This document shows positions 38,373 to 48,216 of a stretch of DNA of 64,000 bases, piece by piece. Below the pieces are notes generated by a model that worked only from the letters and a program-made list of their open reading frames with translations, was not told where the DNA came from and did not search any database. How positions within the stretch are numbered: the stretch's first letter is position 1; each line of letters starts with the position of its first letter. The stretch comes from Flavobacteriales bacterium (GTDB taxonomy: Bacteria; Bacteroidota; Bacteroidia; Flavobacteriales_F; PHOS-HE28), in the NCBI GenBank assembly GCA_016703105.1, contig JADJCS010000007.1, forward strand, positions 143,810 through 207,809, written 5' to 3'. The translations under genes were made by a program, and so were the position numbers.

Positions 38373-38840
38373 ATGAGCGGAGTGAACAAAGTGATCCTGA
38401 TCGGTAACCTGGGTGCCGACCCCGAAGTGCGGCATCTGCAGAACGGCGCCACGGTCGCCAACTTCCGCATCGCCACCAGCGAGACCTATAAAGACAAGAC
38501 CACCGGCGAGAAGCGCGAGCAGACCGAGTGGCACAGCATCGTGGCCTGGCGCGGCCTCGGCGAGATCACGGAGAAATACCTGCGCAAAGGGAGTAAAGTG
38601 TATGTGGAAGGCAAGTTGCGCACGCGCACGTGGCAGGATCGCGACGGCAACAACAAGTACACCACCGAGGTGCATGCGGAGGAGATGACCTTGCTGGACC
38701 GCCCCACCGGTGAACCACGCCCCGAACTGCAAAGCGCACCGGCCAGCCAGGCAGGTTCCGCGCCGCGTCGCGCGGAAGCGGCCACCACCTCCGCACCTTC
38801 CGGCAGTGGGCCGGAAGAAATGGACGATCTACCCTTCTGA
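38373..38840 (+). CDS. ssb: single-stranded DNA-binding protein
   Basis: OB-fold N-terminus '[15 protein letters not shown]', acidic C-terminal tail 'DDLPF'. Confidence 0.9.
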   Translation: MSGVNKVILIGNLGADPEVRHLQNGATVANFRIATSETYKDKTTGEKREQTEWHSIVAWRGLGEITEKYLRKGSKVYVEGKLRTRTWQDRDGNNKYTTEVHAEEMTLLDRPTGEPRPELQSAPASQAGSAPRRAEAATTSAPSGSGPEEMDDLPF

Positions 38841-38867
38841 GCGGAGGCATTCGTTGGCCCCTGAGGG

Positions 38868-40193
38868 ATGGAGCCGCCGTCGATGACCCTGATCCTTTTT
38901 ATGGTCGGCTCCCTGGAGCCCATCACCATGGTGGCCCTGGCGGTGATCGCCCTGCTGCTGGTGGGATCCGCGGCGATGTCGGCCAGCGAGGTGGCCTTGT
39001 TCAGCCTGAGCCCGACCCAGCTGCGCGATCTGCGCGAACGGGGTGGTAACCGGGGGGGCCGGGTGATCGAACTGCTCAGCAGGCCGCGCCGCTTGCTGGC
39101 CACGATCGTGATCGCGAACAATTTGCTGAACCTCACCATCGTGGTGTTGAGCACCTTGGTACTGGAAGAGGTGGTCCAGAGCGCGGGTGTGCCCGTTTAC
39201 CTGGTCTTCGCGCTGCAGGTGCTCGTAGTGGCCTTCGTGATCGTGCTGGTCGGCGAGGTGCTGCCCAAGATCTACGCGGCACGCCATGCGATGCGTGTGG
39301 CCCAGAACATGGCTCCTGTGCTCAGCGTGTTGCGCATTACGCTCACGCCGGTGAACGAACTTCTGGTCCGCAGCACCTCCTTTTTGGAGAAGCGCTTGCG
39401 CCCGCGTTCGAACCATACGCTATCGGTGGACAGCCTCGGCCATGCGTTGGAGCTGACCCATGACGCCAGCACCACCGCCGAGGAACAGCGGATCTTGAAG
39501 GGCATTGTGAAGTTCGGCCGGGTGGAAGTACGGCAGGTGATGCGCCCGCGCACCAACATGATCGCGTTCGACAAGGACCTGAGCTTCGCCGAGCTGCTCT
39601 CCGCGATCGTGGAAAGCGGTTTCTCTCGCGTGCCGGTCTACGAGGAGACCCTGGACCGGGTGATCGGCATACTGCACATCAAGGACGTGCTGCCCCATAT
39701 CGACCAGCAGGACCTGAACTGGCACCTCAAATTGCGCGAGCCCTATTACGTGCCGGAGACGAAAAAGCTGGACGATCTGCTGCAAGAGTTCCAGAAGAAG
39801 AAGGTACACCTGGCCATCGTGGTGGACGAATACGGAGGCACCTCCGGCTTGATCACCTTGGAGGATGTGATCGAGGAGATCGTGGGCGACATCACCGATG
39901 AGTTCGATGACGAGGACCTGGTCTACAGCAAGCTGGACGACCACACCTGGGTGTTCGAGGGAAGGACGCCCTTGAACGATATGTACCGCATCATGGGGAT
40001 CGACGGGGAGGTGTTCGAGGAGAACAAAGGAGATAGCGGCACGATCGGCGGGTTCGTGCTGGAACTCACCGGCCGGATCCCGAAGAAAGGCGAGCGGGCC
40101 ACCTTGCGGAACTTCACCTTCGCGGTGGAATCCTCGGACAACAAACGCGTGCGGCGGGTGAAGATCATGGTGAACGATGAGGGCCGTGGCTGA
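38868..40193 (+). CDS. gldE: gliding-motility-associated protein GldE (DUF21-CBS-CorC family)
   Basis: N-terminal 4-TM DUF21, tandem CBS domains, C-terminal CorC/HlyC transporter-associated domain. Lies immediately upstream of gldD as in Flavobacterium. Confidence 0.75.
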   Translation: MEPPSMTLILFMVGSLEPITMVALAVIALLLVGSAAMSASEVALFSLSPTQLRDLRERGGNRGGRVIELLSRPRRLLATIVIANNLLNLTIVVLSTLVLEEVVQSAGVPVYLVFALQVLVVAFVIVLVGEVLPKIYAARHAMRVAQNMAPVLSVLRITLTPVNELLVRSTSFLEKRLRPRSNHTLSVDSLGHALELTHDASTTAEEQRILKGIVKFGRVEVRQVMRPRTNMIAFDKDLSFAELLSAIVESGFSRVPVYEETLDRVIGILHIKDVLPHIDQQDLNWHLKLREPYYVPETKKLDDLLQEFQKKKVHLAIVVDEYGGTSGLITLEDVIEEIVGDITDEFDDEDLVYSKLDDHTWVFEGRTPLNDMYRIMGIDGEVFEENKGDSGTIGGFVLELTGRIPKKGERATLRNFTFAVESSDNKRVRRVKIMVNDEGRG

Positions 40194-40782
40194 CCTACGT
40201 CTGGGGCTCTGCGCGTTGCTGCTCTTCAGTTGCGGCGGCGATCCGATACCCAAGCCGCGCGGGTACTTCCGGATCGATCTGCCCGCGAAGGCCTATGTGC
40301 CTTACCGATCCGCCTGTTTCAGCGCGGAGGTCCCGTCCTTCTCGCGGTTCGTTCCCCGTGCCATGGAGGGACAGAAGTGCTGGGGCGACCTGGACTATGG
40401 CCCGTACCGTGCGCAAGTACACTTGACCTACCGCAGTGTGGTCGGCGACCTCGGACAACTGATCGAGGATGCCCACGATTTCAGAGCGAAGCATGAGAGC
40501 AAGGCGGTGCGGATACGCTCGGAGCGCATATTGAACGACAGCGCACGGGTGTACGGCACCTACTTCGATGTGGAGGGCAATGTGGCCAGTCCGCTGGTGT
40601 TCTACCTCACGGACAGCACTTCGAACTTCCTGTACGGGTCGCTCTACTTCCGCACGCGGCCCAATGCCGATTCACTGGCGCCGATCACCGATCGGATCCG
40701 GGAGGACATGCGCCACTTCGCGCGCACGCTCCGTTGGAACGATGGTCCCGGTTCTGTGCAGCAGGCGCAGGATCACCGTTAG
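40177..40782 (+). CDS. gldD: gliding-motility lipoprotein GldD
   Basis: Lipoprotein signal 'LLLFSCGG'. ~190-aa GldD-like sequence. Overlaps the gldE 3' end by 17 nt. Confidence 0.65.
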   Translation: MRAVADLRLGLCALLLFSCGGDPIPKPRGYFRIDLPAKAYVPYRSACFSAEVPSFSRFVPRAMEGQKCWGDLDYGPYRAQVHLTYRSVVGDLGQLIEDAHDFRAKHESKAVRIRSERILNDSARVYGTYFDVEGNVASPLVFYLTDSTSNFLYGSLYFRTRPNADSLAPITDRIREDMRHFARTLRWNDGPGSVQQAQDHR

Positions 40783-41748
40783 CAGCAGGAGCGCACCGAG
40801 CTGGTGGAGCACGCCAAGCACCAGGTCCACCTGCGTAAGCACGGTGAACACCCCAAGTAGGAACTGGAGCACGACCGCCCCGATCAACCAAGAGGCCAGC
40901 GCCACCGCAGCGCGCAGGAAACGTAGCGCATAGACCACACAGCCTGCGGCCACCAGCCAGGCCAGGTTGCGGTGTACGAACTGAACACCATCGCGATGGT
41001 CCGCGAGATCGTGGAGCCAGTTACCGGTGGCGCGCACGTTCTCCGGCATGAACTCACCGTTCATGAGCGGCCAGGTGTTGTACATGTGCCCCGCATCGAG
41101 CCCGGCGGTGAAGGCACCGTACACGATCTGGAGCACGAGCAAAGCGAGCAGCACCCTTACCCAACGCCCTGCCGGCGTCCCGTCCGTTCCCCAACGCCTG
41201 CGCCCGTCCCGAAGATCGAACACGGTCCAGAGCACCAGACCGAAAACGGAGAAGGCGGCCACCAGATGGATGGCCAGGCGGAAGTGGCTCACATCCGGGT
41301 TCTTCTCCAAGCCGCTGGCCACCATGAACCAGCCCAGGGCGCCTACGAGGCCACCGCCCACCAGGATCCAGATCGAGCGCGTCATCAGCCATCCTTCCAG
41401 GAGGCCGCGCCGCCAGAACACGGCGAAAGGGATCGCGAACACCAGGCCCATCAGCCGCCCCCAGTTGCGGTGCAGGAATTCCCAGAAGAAGATCCGCTTG
41501 AACCCGGCGAGGTCCATGTCCTCGTTCTTCAGGGTGTATTCCGGGATCCGTTTGTATTTAGTGAAGGCCTCTTGCCATGCCGCTTCGTCCATCGGTGGCA
41601 GCGCCCCCATGATCGGCTTCCACTCCGTGATACTGAGCCCGCTATCCGTGAGCCGCGTGATGCCACCGATCACCACCATGCATGCGATCAGCACACAGCC
41701 GGTGATCAGCCAGGTGATCACTGGTCTTCGGTCCTTCGCATGCTGCAT
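40672..41748 (-). CDS. ctaA: heme A synthase (COX15/CtaA family)
   Basis: 8 predicted TM helices with conserved His pairs. 358 aa. 3' end overlaps gldD convergently by ~110 nt. Confidence 0.75.
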   Translation of the reverse strand: MQHAKDRRPVITWLITGCVLIACMVVIGGITRLTDSGLSITEWKPIMGALPPMDEAAWQEAFTKYKRIPEYTLKNEDMDLAGFKRIFFWEFLHRNWGRLMGLVFAIPFAVFWRRGLLEGWLMTRSIWILVGGGLVGALGWFMVASGLEKNPDVSHFRLAIHLVAAFSVFGLVLWTVFDLRDGRRRWGTDGTPAGRWVRVLLALLVLQIVYGAFTAGLDAGHMYNTWPLMNGEFMPENVRATGNWLHDLADHRDGVQFVHRNLAWLVAAGCVVYALRFLRAAVALASWLIGAVVLQFLLGVFTVLTQVDLVLGVLHQLGALLLLTVILRLLHRTGTIVPTERAREVAHVLPDPIGDRRQ

Positions 41749-41843
41749 CGAGGGTCAAAATTACCCGGCCGACCGGGCAATAGGCAGTGCCACGCTAACG
41801 AAAAAGGGGCCGAAGCCCCTTTCACCTTTTCAGCATATGAGGT

Positions 41844-42386
41844 TCAAGCACCCAACAAGCGGGACAACACCCGCAGCAAGCTCGGCATCACCACGGCAGG
41901 AAGAGCGGCGCTCACACTGCGGGCGGCCCCTTCCACTTCCGCCGCTTTCTCGTCCTTTTTCTCCTCCTGGACGGGCGCATCGCCAACCACCTGCTTGGTG
42001 ATGTTCACGGCCATCACCTTGTACTGGCCGTCATGGATCTTTTGGACGGCCTCGACCAGTTGGGCGTCGTTCACTTGAGCGGGATCGAAGGTGACGATGG
42101 CATGGTCCACGGCCTCACCCTCCTCGAACTTGATCTCGGTACCCGCCACGCCGGTCAAGACCGCCAGCGCCTTCTTGATCGACCCGCCGCACATCATTTC
42201 GCAACTCATACCCTCCACGCTCAGGTCCGCGAAGGTGACCGGGGTTCCGGACGTGATCGCCACCTCGCTCACCGTGCGCGCGACGCCCGCGATAGCAGCG
42301 GCCGCACCGGCATCGGACGACGGGGCCTGGGAACAGGCGAAGAGCCCGGCAAGGGCGGTGGAGAGGAAGAGGGCGCGGGTATCCAT
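41844..42386 (-). CDS. heavy-metal-associated (HMA) domain lipoprotein
   Basis: Start trimmed to MDTRALFLSTALAGLFAC (lipobox). HMA 'GMSCEMMCGGS' metal-binding motif. Confidence 0.6.
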   Translation of the reverse strand: MDTRALFLSTALAGLFACSQAPSSDAGAAAAIAGVARTVSEVAITSGTPVTFADLSVEGMSCEMMCGGSIKKALAVLTGVAGTEIKFEEGEAVDHAIVTFDPAQVNDAQLVEAVQKIHDGQYKVMAVNITKQVVGDAPVQEEKKDEKAAEVEGAARSVSAALPAVVMPSLLRVLSRLLGA

Positions 42387-42498
42387 GGGATCGGGCGTTG
42401 GGTATGGATGGGACGCTTGAGGGAACGGAATTGTTACAAAAGTAGTGTGGGCGGACTGAACTAATGATGCAGGACCCGCCGGAATACCTTCGCTGCGG

Positions 42499-43407
42499 AT
42501 GAACATGGCACGCCAGGGACCCGATCGCGTCGCCTGGGGCCTGTTGCTGTTGCTGGCGCTGATCTGGGGCAGCTCCTTCATCCTTATGAAGCGGGGGCTC
42601 TTCCACGAAGGGGTGCCCGTGCTCGGGCCCTTCCAAATGGCGTCCGCCCGGTTGGCGATCGCTTGGGCCGCATTGGCCCCCCTGCTCTTCCGGTACGCGC
42701 CGTTGCTGCGCCAGCACTGGCTCCCGTTACTGGCCACCGGAGTATTGGGGAACGGGATCCCCGCCTTCCTCTTCGCAGCGGCCCAAACGCATATCGACAG
42801 CGCCTTGAGCGGCATGTTGAACAGCCTAACCCCACTGTTCACCATGCTGGTGGGGGCCCTCTTCTTCGGAACTCGAATGCGCGGTTGGCACATTGCCGGG
42901 ATCCTGGTGGGTCTCTGCGGGGCGGTCGGGCTCATCGCCATGAAGAGCGCTGACGGGCTTCCCACTTGGTCGGGTTACGCCGTGCTCCCCGTGCTGGGCA
43001 CCGTATGCTACGGCTGTAGCGCCAACATCGTGAAGCGGCACCTCTACATGTTGCCCTCAGCGGCCACGGCCTGTCTTGCGCTTTCATTCGTGGGTCCGAT
43101 CGGGCTGGCGGGCGCTTTTGGGGATGGGCTTCCGCAGACCCTCGATACGCAGCCGCATGCCTGGACCTCGCTCGGATATGTCGCCCTTCTGGCCGTCATG
43201 AGTTCCGCACTGTCCCTGGTGCTCTGGAACGCACTATTGAAACGCACCTCGGCGGTATGGGCCAGTAGCGTGACCTACCTGATGCCCGTGGTAGCCATCG
43301 GCTGGGGACTGTTGGACGGCGAGGTGCTTAGCCTGGTCCAGATGCTCATGATCGGCGTAGTGCTGGGTGGCGTGTATATGGTGAACCGCGCCGAACGCGT
43401 AGAGTGA
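42499..43407 (+). CDS. EamA/DMT-family transporter
   Basis: 10 predicted TM helices in two EamA repeats. Confidence 0.75.
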   Translation: MNMARQGPDRVAWGLLLLLALIWGSSFILMKRGLFHEGVPVLGPFQMASARLAIAWAALAPLLFRYAPLLRQHWLPLLATGVLGNGIPAFLFAAAQTHIDSALSGMLNSLTPLFTMLVGALFFGTRMRGWHIAGILVGLCGAVGLIAMKSADGLPTWSGYAVLPVLGTVCYGCSANIVKRHLYMLPSAATACLALSFVGPIGLAGAFGDGLPQTLDTQPHAWTSLGYVALLAVMSSALSLVLWNALLKRTSAVWASSVTYLMPVVAIGWGLLDGEVLSLVQMLMIGVVLGGVYMVNRAERVE

Positions 43408-43456
43408 GCGACCCAAGAGCCGTTGGCATAAACCTGCCCCTCTCAACTGGACTACC

Positions 43457-45007
43457 TCACTCGCACACCACCTTGGCCTGCCCCAAGCGCTGCCCATTGC
43501 GGGACGCCACGACCATATAGAGCCCTGGTTTAAGGTTGCCCCGATCCAGTACCACCGTAGGCCCATCGATAAGGGCAGGCTCTTCGCGCACCAAATGGCC
43601 CATGGCATCGAACCATTGCAAATGGTCCGGATAGCCCCGGCCGTGCATATCGAGCACGGCGTGTTGTGCCATCGGTTGCGGGCGAATGCTCAGATCCCCG
43701 TCATGTGATGTACGTTCAGGTTCCACCCGTGTAGGGTTGTCCTCCAAGTAGCGCTTGCAGAACGTGGGTAGACCGAATATAGTGCTAGACAGAAAATGGA
43801 AGGTCAGCGTTGGTTGTTGCTGCACCATGGGGTCATAAGGCAACAGATTGCCGTAGTAGAAGAAGTTCGCGGCGCCGATCGCGATCCCGAAGATCAGTTG
43901 TCCGTTGGGCGCCAATTGTATCAGCGAACCATGGCGCCGAGCGACTTGATATACCGCGTTCCCAACGCCGCCATGGAACTGGACCAGCGATCCTTGTATC
44001 GTGGTTTGATCCATGGAGCTAATGTTCAATTGAAGTGGGTACCAGCCATCTGCGCTGTATGTGGAATCCGTTGGCGGAAGGGTATCCCATTCAGCTAGAT
44101 ACAGGTACTGTCCCGTGGTATCGAACTCCAATCCCATGAAGTGCCTCGCAGGATACCATATCAATTCGGTAACATAGATCGTATCCGTTCCGATGATGCC
44201 CATTGAAATGTTCGTAACTGAATTGAATACCGTGGCAAATGGGCTGGTGGCCACCGTCCCTGCGGCCGCATCGAACTGATAGATCTCCACGGTGGTGGTG
44301 GTATCCGGCGGAGGGCCGTGCGTCACCATGGCCAACACATCACCCTGAACGTTGAACTTCATCGGGCCCCAGAAATCCATGCTCTCGGTGGGTGTGGCGC
44401 TGGGGAGGAAGTTGCTACCCGCATGGGTGATCACCGGCTGTGGAGCGATGCCGGTGGCAGTGAGCAGATAGGACTCGAACGCGTCTGTCCCGTCCACATG
44501 CTGCATGATCCAATATCCGGTGTTGTCCGCGTTCGGGGTGGCGGCCAGTTTCGCCGTCACGCTGTCCGCGTACCAAAAGGTGTTGCCGACCACCGCGCCC
44601 AGGCCGTTGTTCAGGCTCATGTCCACCTCCACCGCCCCCCCGCGATGGTTCGGCAAGTCCTCGTTGATCAGCACGTAGTAGCGGTCCGGATAGGCCGGCT
44701 TGGGGAGCATCATGAATTGCGCGGGCTGGCCCCAGCCCAAGCTGGCTGCGTCTCCCCCAGGTATCATCTGGAAAAGGGCATCACGGATACCAGCACTATC
44801 CGCCACCAGAATGAAATTCCCGCTGGTGTCGCTGATACAGCCGGAGCGCGTACCCACCGGATGGCTGCTCACCATGGCAGAGACCATTGGCGTGCTGAAG
44901 TTCATCCAGATGTCCCGGCCAAGGATCCAGTTCTCATTGTGGCGCTGGGCTTGTGCGCAGAAGACCAGGCCTAGTGTCTGTAGGAAGAAGACGGTGATCC
45001 GTTTCAT
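43457..45007 (-). CDS. secreted protein with T9SS C-terminal sorting domain
   Basis: Signal peptide (start trimmed to MKRITVFFLQTLGLVFCAQA). C-terminal CTD '...LKPGLYMVVASRNGQRLGQAKVVCE'. Confidence 0.65.
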   Translation of the reverse strand: MKRITVFFLQTLGLVFCAQAQRHNENWILGRDIWMNFSTPMVSAMVSSHPVGTRSGCISDTSGNFILVADSAGIRDALFQMIPGGDAASLGWGQPAQFMMLPKPAYPDRYYVLINEDLPNHRGGAVEVDMSLNNGLGAVVGNTFWYADSVTAKLAATPNADNTGYWIMQHVDGTDAFESYLLTATGIAPQPVITHAGSNFLPSATPTESMDFWGPMKFNVQGDVLAMVTHGPPPDTTTTVEIYQFDAAAGTVATSPFATVFNSVTNISMGIIGTDTIYVTELIWYPARHFMGLEFDTTGQYLYLAEWDTLPPTDSTYSADGWYPLQLNISSMDQTTIQGSLVQFHGGVGNAVYQVARRHGSLIQLAPNGQLIFGIAIGAANFFYYGNLLPYDPMVQQQPTLTFHFLSSTIFGLPTFCKRYLEDNPTRVEPERTSHDGDLSIRPQPMAQHAVLDMHGRGYPDHLQWFDAMGHLVREEPALIDGPTVVLDRGNLKPGLYMVVASRNGQRLGQAKVVCE

Positions 45008-45149
45008 GAGCCACATGCTAAGCTCGCATGAAGAGAGCTTCGACAGGCTTTCCATTCGAGGATCAAGGCCGATAGACTCTAGCCACCTCAGTTGGGAGAG
45101 ATCCCTTTCGAGTACGACGAAGCTCGGTGACCATTGCCATCTTTGCCAC

Positions 45150-45896
45150 ATGTACGAAGGCAAGAAGGTGATCGTGGTGCTGCCCGCCTATCGCGCGGCC
45201 CTGACCCTGCAGCAGACCTATGCCGAGATCCCCTTCCCCTTGGTGGATGAGGTGGTGCTGGTGGACGACAAGAGCCCGGACAACACCGTGGACGTCGCAC
45301 ACACGCTGGGGATCAAGCACATTGTGGTACACCAGGTGAACCGCGGTTATGGTGGCAACCAGAAGAGCTGCTACGACAAGGCGCTGGAACTCGGCGGCGA
45401 CATCATTGTGATGCTCCACCCGGACTACCAGTACACGCCCTAGCTGCTGGTGAGCATGATCGCCTTGATCGGCAACGAGGTCTACCCGGTCGTCTTCGGC
45501 TCGCGGATCCTCGGGAAAGGTGCGCTCCGTGGTGGCATGCCACTCTACAAGTACATCTTCAATCGCATGCTCACCCTCACGCAGAATGTGCTGATGGGCC
45601 AGAAGCTGAGCGAGTACCACACCGGCTATCGCGCCTACGCGGGCCATGTGCTGCGCAGCATCGATTACAACCGGCTCTCGGACGATTTCGTGTTCGACAA
45701 CCAGATCGTCGGGCAGATCTTCTGGAAGGGGTATGAGGTGGCGGAGATCACGTGCCCCACGAAGTACTTCGACGAGGCCAGTAGCATCAACTTCAGCCGG
45801 AGCATGACCTATGGCTTCGGGGTGCTGAACGTGAGCTTCCGCTACTTCCTCGCGCGTACCGGCATCCTCGGCTGGCCACTGCTGGGTAAACGATAA
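45150..45896 (+). CDS. family-2 glycosyltransferase (DPM1/GtrB-like) interrupted by in-frame TAG at 45441-45443
   Basis: 'VLVDDKSPDNT' DxD-region and 'HPDYQYTP*LLVSMIALIGNEVYPVVFGSRIL' are continuous across the amber codon. Confidence 0.75.
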
Positions 45897-45899
45897 GCC

Positions 45900-47512
45900 A
45901 TGCTTTCGCTGGGCAAAGCGCGGATCCAACTGCTCATCGCGCTGGGCGCCTTGCTCCTTTTCGTGCCCGGCCTCGGAGCCGTCCATCTCTTCGATTGGGA
46001 CGAGATCAACTTCGCCGAGATCGCGCGCGAGATGGTGGTGAGCGGGGACTGGTCGCGCCCCACCATGGGTTTCGAGCCCTTCCATGAGAAGCCACCGCTT
46101 TTCATGTGGATGCAGGCGGCGTGCATGAACGCTTTCGGCATCGGCGAGTTCGCCGCCCGGCTGCCCAACGCCTTGTGTGGTGCGCTGACGTTGGTGGTGC
46201 TGTTCCGCATCGGGTCCCAGGAGCGTGATCCGATCTTCGGATGGCTGTGGGTCATAGCGTACGTAGGTTCCATTCTCCCCACCTCTACTTCCACAGTGGT
46301 ATCATCGATCCGTGGTTCAACCTCTTCATCTTCCTCGGGCTCTACACCTTCATCCGCTCGGTGCGGGAGCGATCATTGCGACAGTCGATCCTCAGCGGCG
46401 CTCTGGTCGGGCTGGCGGTGATGACGAAAGGCCCTGCGGCCATCATCATCGTCGGGCTTGCGGTATTCACCTACTGGGCGCTGCAACGCTTCAAGGTGTT
46501 CTTCTCCTGGGCCCATATCGGTGCCATGCTGCTCTCGATGGTGTTCATCATCGCGCTCTGGTTCGGTATTGATCTCCTGCGACACGGCCCGGACTTCACC
46601 GTGGCGTTCTTCGAACGTCAGGTCGCCTTGTTCACCGAGGAGGATGCCGGACACGGAGGCTTCTTTGGATATCACTTCGTGGTTCTATTGATCGGTTGTT
46701 TCCCTGCTTCGCTGTTCGCGTTGCAGGAGTTGTTGAAGCCGACGAAGGAAGGGGACGAGCGCCGTGCTTTCCGCACCTGGATGATGATCCTCTTCTGGGT
46801 GGTGCTGATCCTGTTCAGCGTGGTAAGCACCAAGATCGTCCACTACAGCAGCCTGTGTTATTTTCCGCTCACCTATCTGGCCGCCCTTCAAGTGGAGCGG
46901 ATCTGGAAGAAGCAGGAGGGCTTCGGTTGGTCGCGCTTCGCCATGGGCGTGATCGGCAACATCATCGCGCTCGCGGTGGTCGTCCTCCCCTTCGCGGCGA
47001 TGCGTATCGAACGGCTCAAGCCGCTCTTCTCCGCCGATCGGTTCGCGCAAGGGAACCTCGCGGCGAATGTGCGTTGGACCGGTCTGGAGGCCGTCGCCGG
47101 CGCGGTGCTGTTCGCAGCGCTGCTCGCGGCGCATGTGTTGCACAGCAAGGGCAGGTTCCGCCAGAGTTTGTTAGTGAGCTTCGGCGGTGTGGTCCTCTTC
47201 ATCTGGTGTGCGCTGTACTTCTTCGTGAACAACATCGAAGGCTACTCACAACGGGCGGCCGTCGAGTTCTTCGAAGCGCGGCAGGACGAACCGTGCTACC
47301 TCCTTACCAAGAACTACAAAAGCTACGTGCCGGAGTTCTATGGGCGGATGCGTGAACCACAACCCAACGAGGAGGTCCTGCTGGGCGGGCCGATCGATAG
47401 ACCGGTCTACCTCTCCTGCAAGATCACCTCTATGGCGGAAGTGGAAGCGTTGGGAACGTTCCACGAACTCTACCGCAAGAACGGCTTCGTCTTTTTCAAG
47501 CGGGAACCTTGA
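45900..47512 (+). CDS. GT39/ArnT-like (PMT_2) membrane glycosyltransferase, one frameshift near 46277-46286
   Basis: N-terminal frame 45900..~46285 and frame 46241..47512 together give a ~530-aa 12-TM ArnT-like protein. The break is at a CCCC run. Confidence 0.7.
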
Positions 47513-47532
47513 CCGGGAGCCCAACATCGCAC

Positions 47533-48213
47533 ATGAAGGCACACATCCACACTCCGACCAACGATCCCCGACAAAGCATCGACTTCTACACGCGCCTTGG
47601 TTTCACACGGTTATCGGAGGATCCGATGTTGTTCACCGATGGAAGCACGGTGATCGAGGTGGATCCAGACCGGCGCGCGCGTGCGGGTGTGCGTTGCTAC
47701 CACACCGATCCCTCGGCGATCATCGCGAAGCTGGGCGTGAAGGCCCATCCCATCAAAGGCGGCCATGTGGTGAGCGATCCGAGCGGGATATGGGTGTACA
47801 TCATGGAAGGAAAGGCGCCGAAGGTGGATATGGCGGGCGTGGCCACAAGCCTGCTCGGCGATTTCGCCGGGCTCAGTGTTGAAAGCACGGACGTCGCACG
47901 ATCGCTCACCTTCTGGAAGGCGTTCGGTCTGGAGGTCACCATGGGTAGTGCGGAACAAGGTTGGGTGTCCCTGGGTGGTGAAGGCTGGCCGGGAGTGAGC
48001 ATCATGGCCCCGCTGAACTGCCCGCATCTGTTCTTCAACCCCTCGCTCACCTACTTCAACGGCAAGGAGGGCAATCCAAAGGTGATCGCGAACGTGCGGA
48101 AGGCAGGGATCCCGATCACCGAGGAGATCACGCATTTCAACAAGGAGGGCATCGCGGACAACATCATCGTGCGCGATCCAGGCGGCCTCGGGTTCTTTCT
48201 CTTCAACGACTGA
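47533..48213 (+). CDS. VOC (glyoxalase/bleomycin-resistance fold) family protein
   Basis: Two beta-alpha-beta-beta-beta modules; weak motif-level call. Confidence 0.5.
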   Translation: MKAHIHTPTNDPRQSIDFYTRLGFTRLSEDPMLFTDGSTVIEVDPDRRARAGVRCYHTDPSAIIAKLGVKAHPIKGGHVVSDPSGIWVYIMEGKAPKVDMAGVATSLLGDFAGLSVESTDVARSLTFWKAFGLEVTMGSAEQGWVSLGGEGWPGVSIMAPLNCPHLFFNPSLTYFNGKEGNPKVIANVRKAGIPITEEITHFNKEGIADNIIVRDPGGLGFFLFND

Positions 48214-48216
48214 CCT

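Noticed and set aside
41844-42965. 373-aa ORF containing the HMA lipoprotein
   Set aside because: The upstream 190 residues are low-complexity, Pro/Arg/Ala-rich read-through typical of high-GC antisense frames. A lipoprotein signal peptide with ATG at 42386 gives a sensible 180-aa HMA protein.
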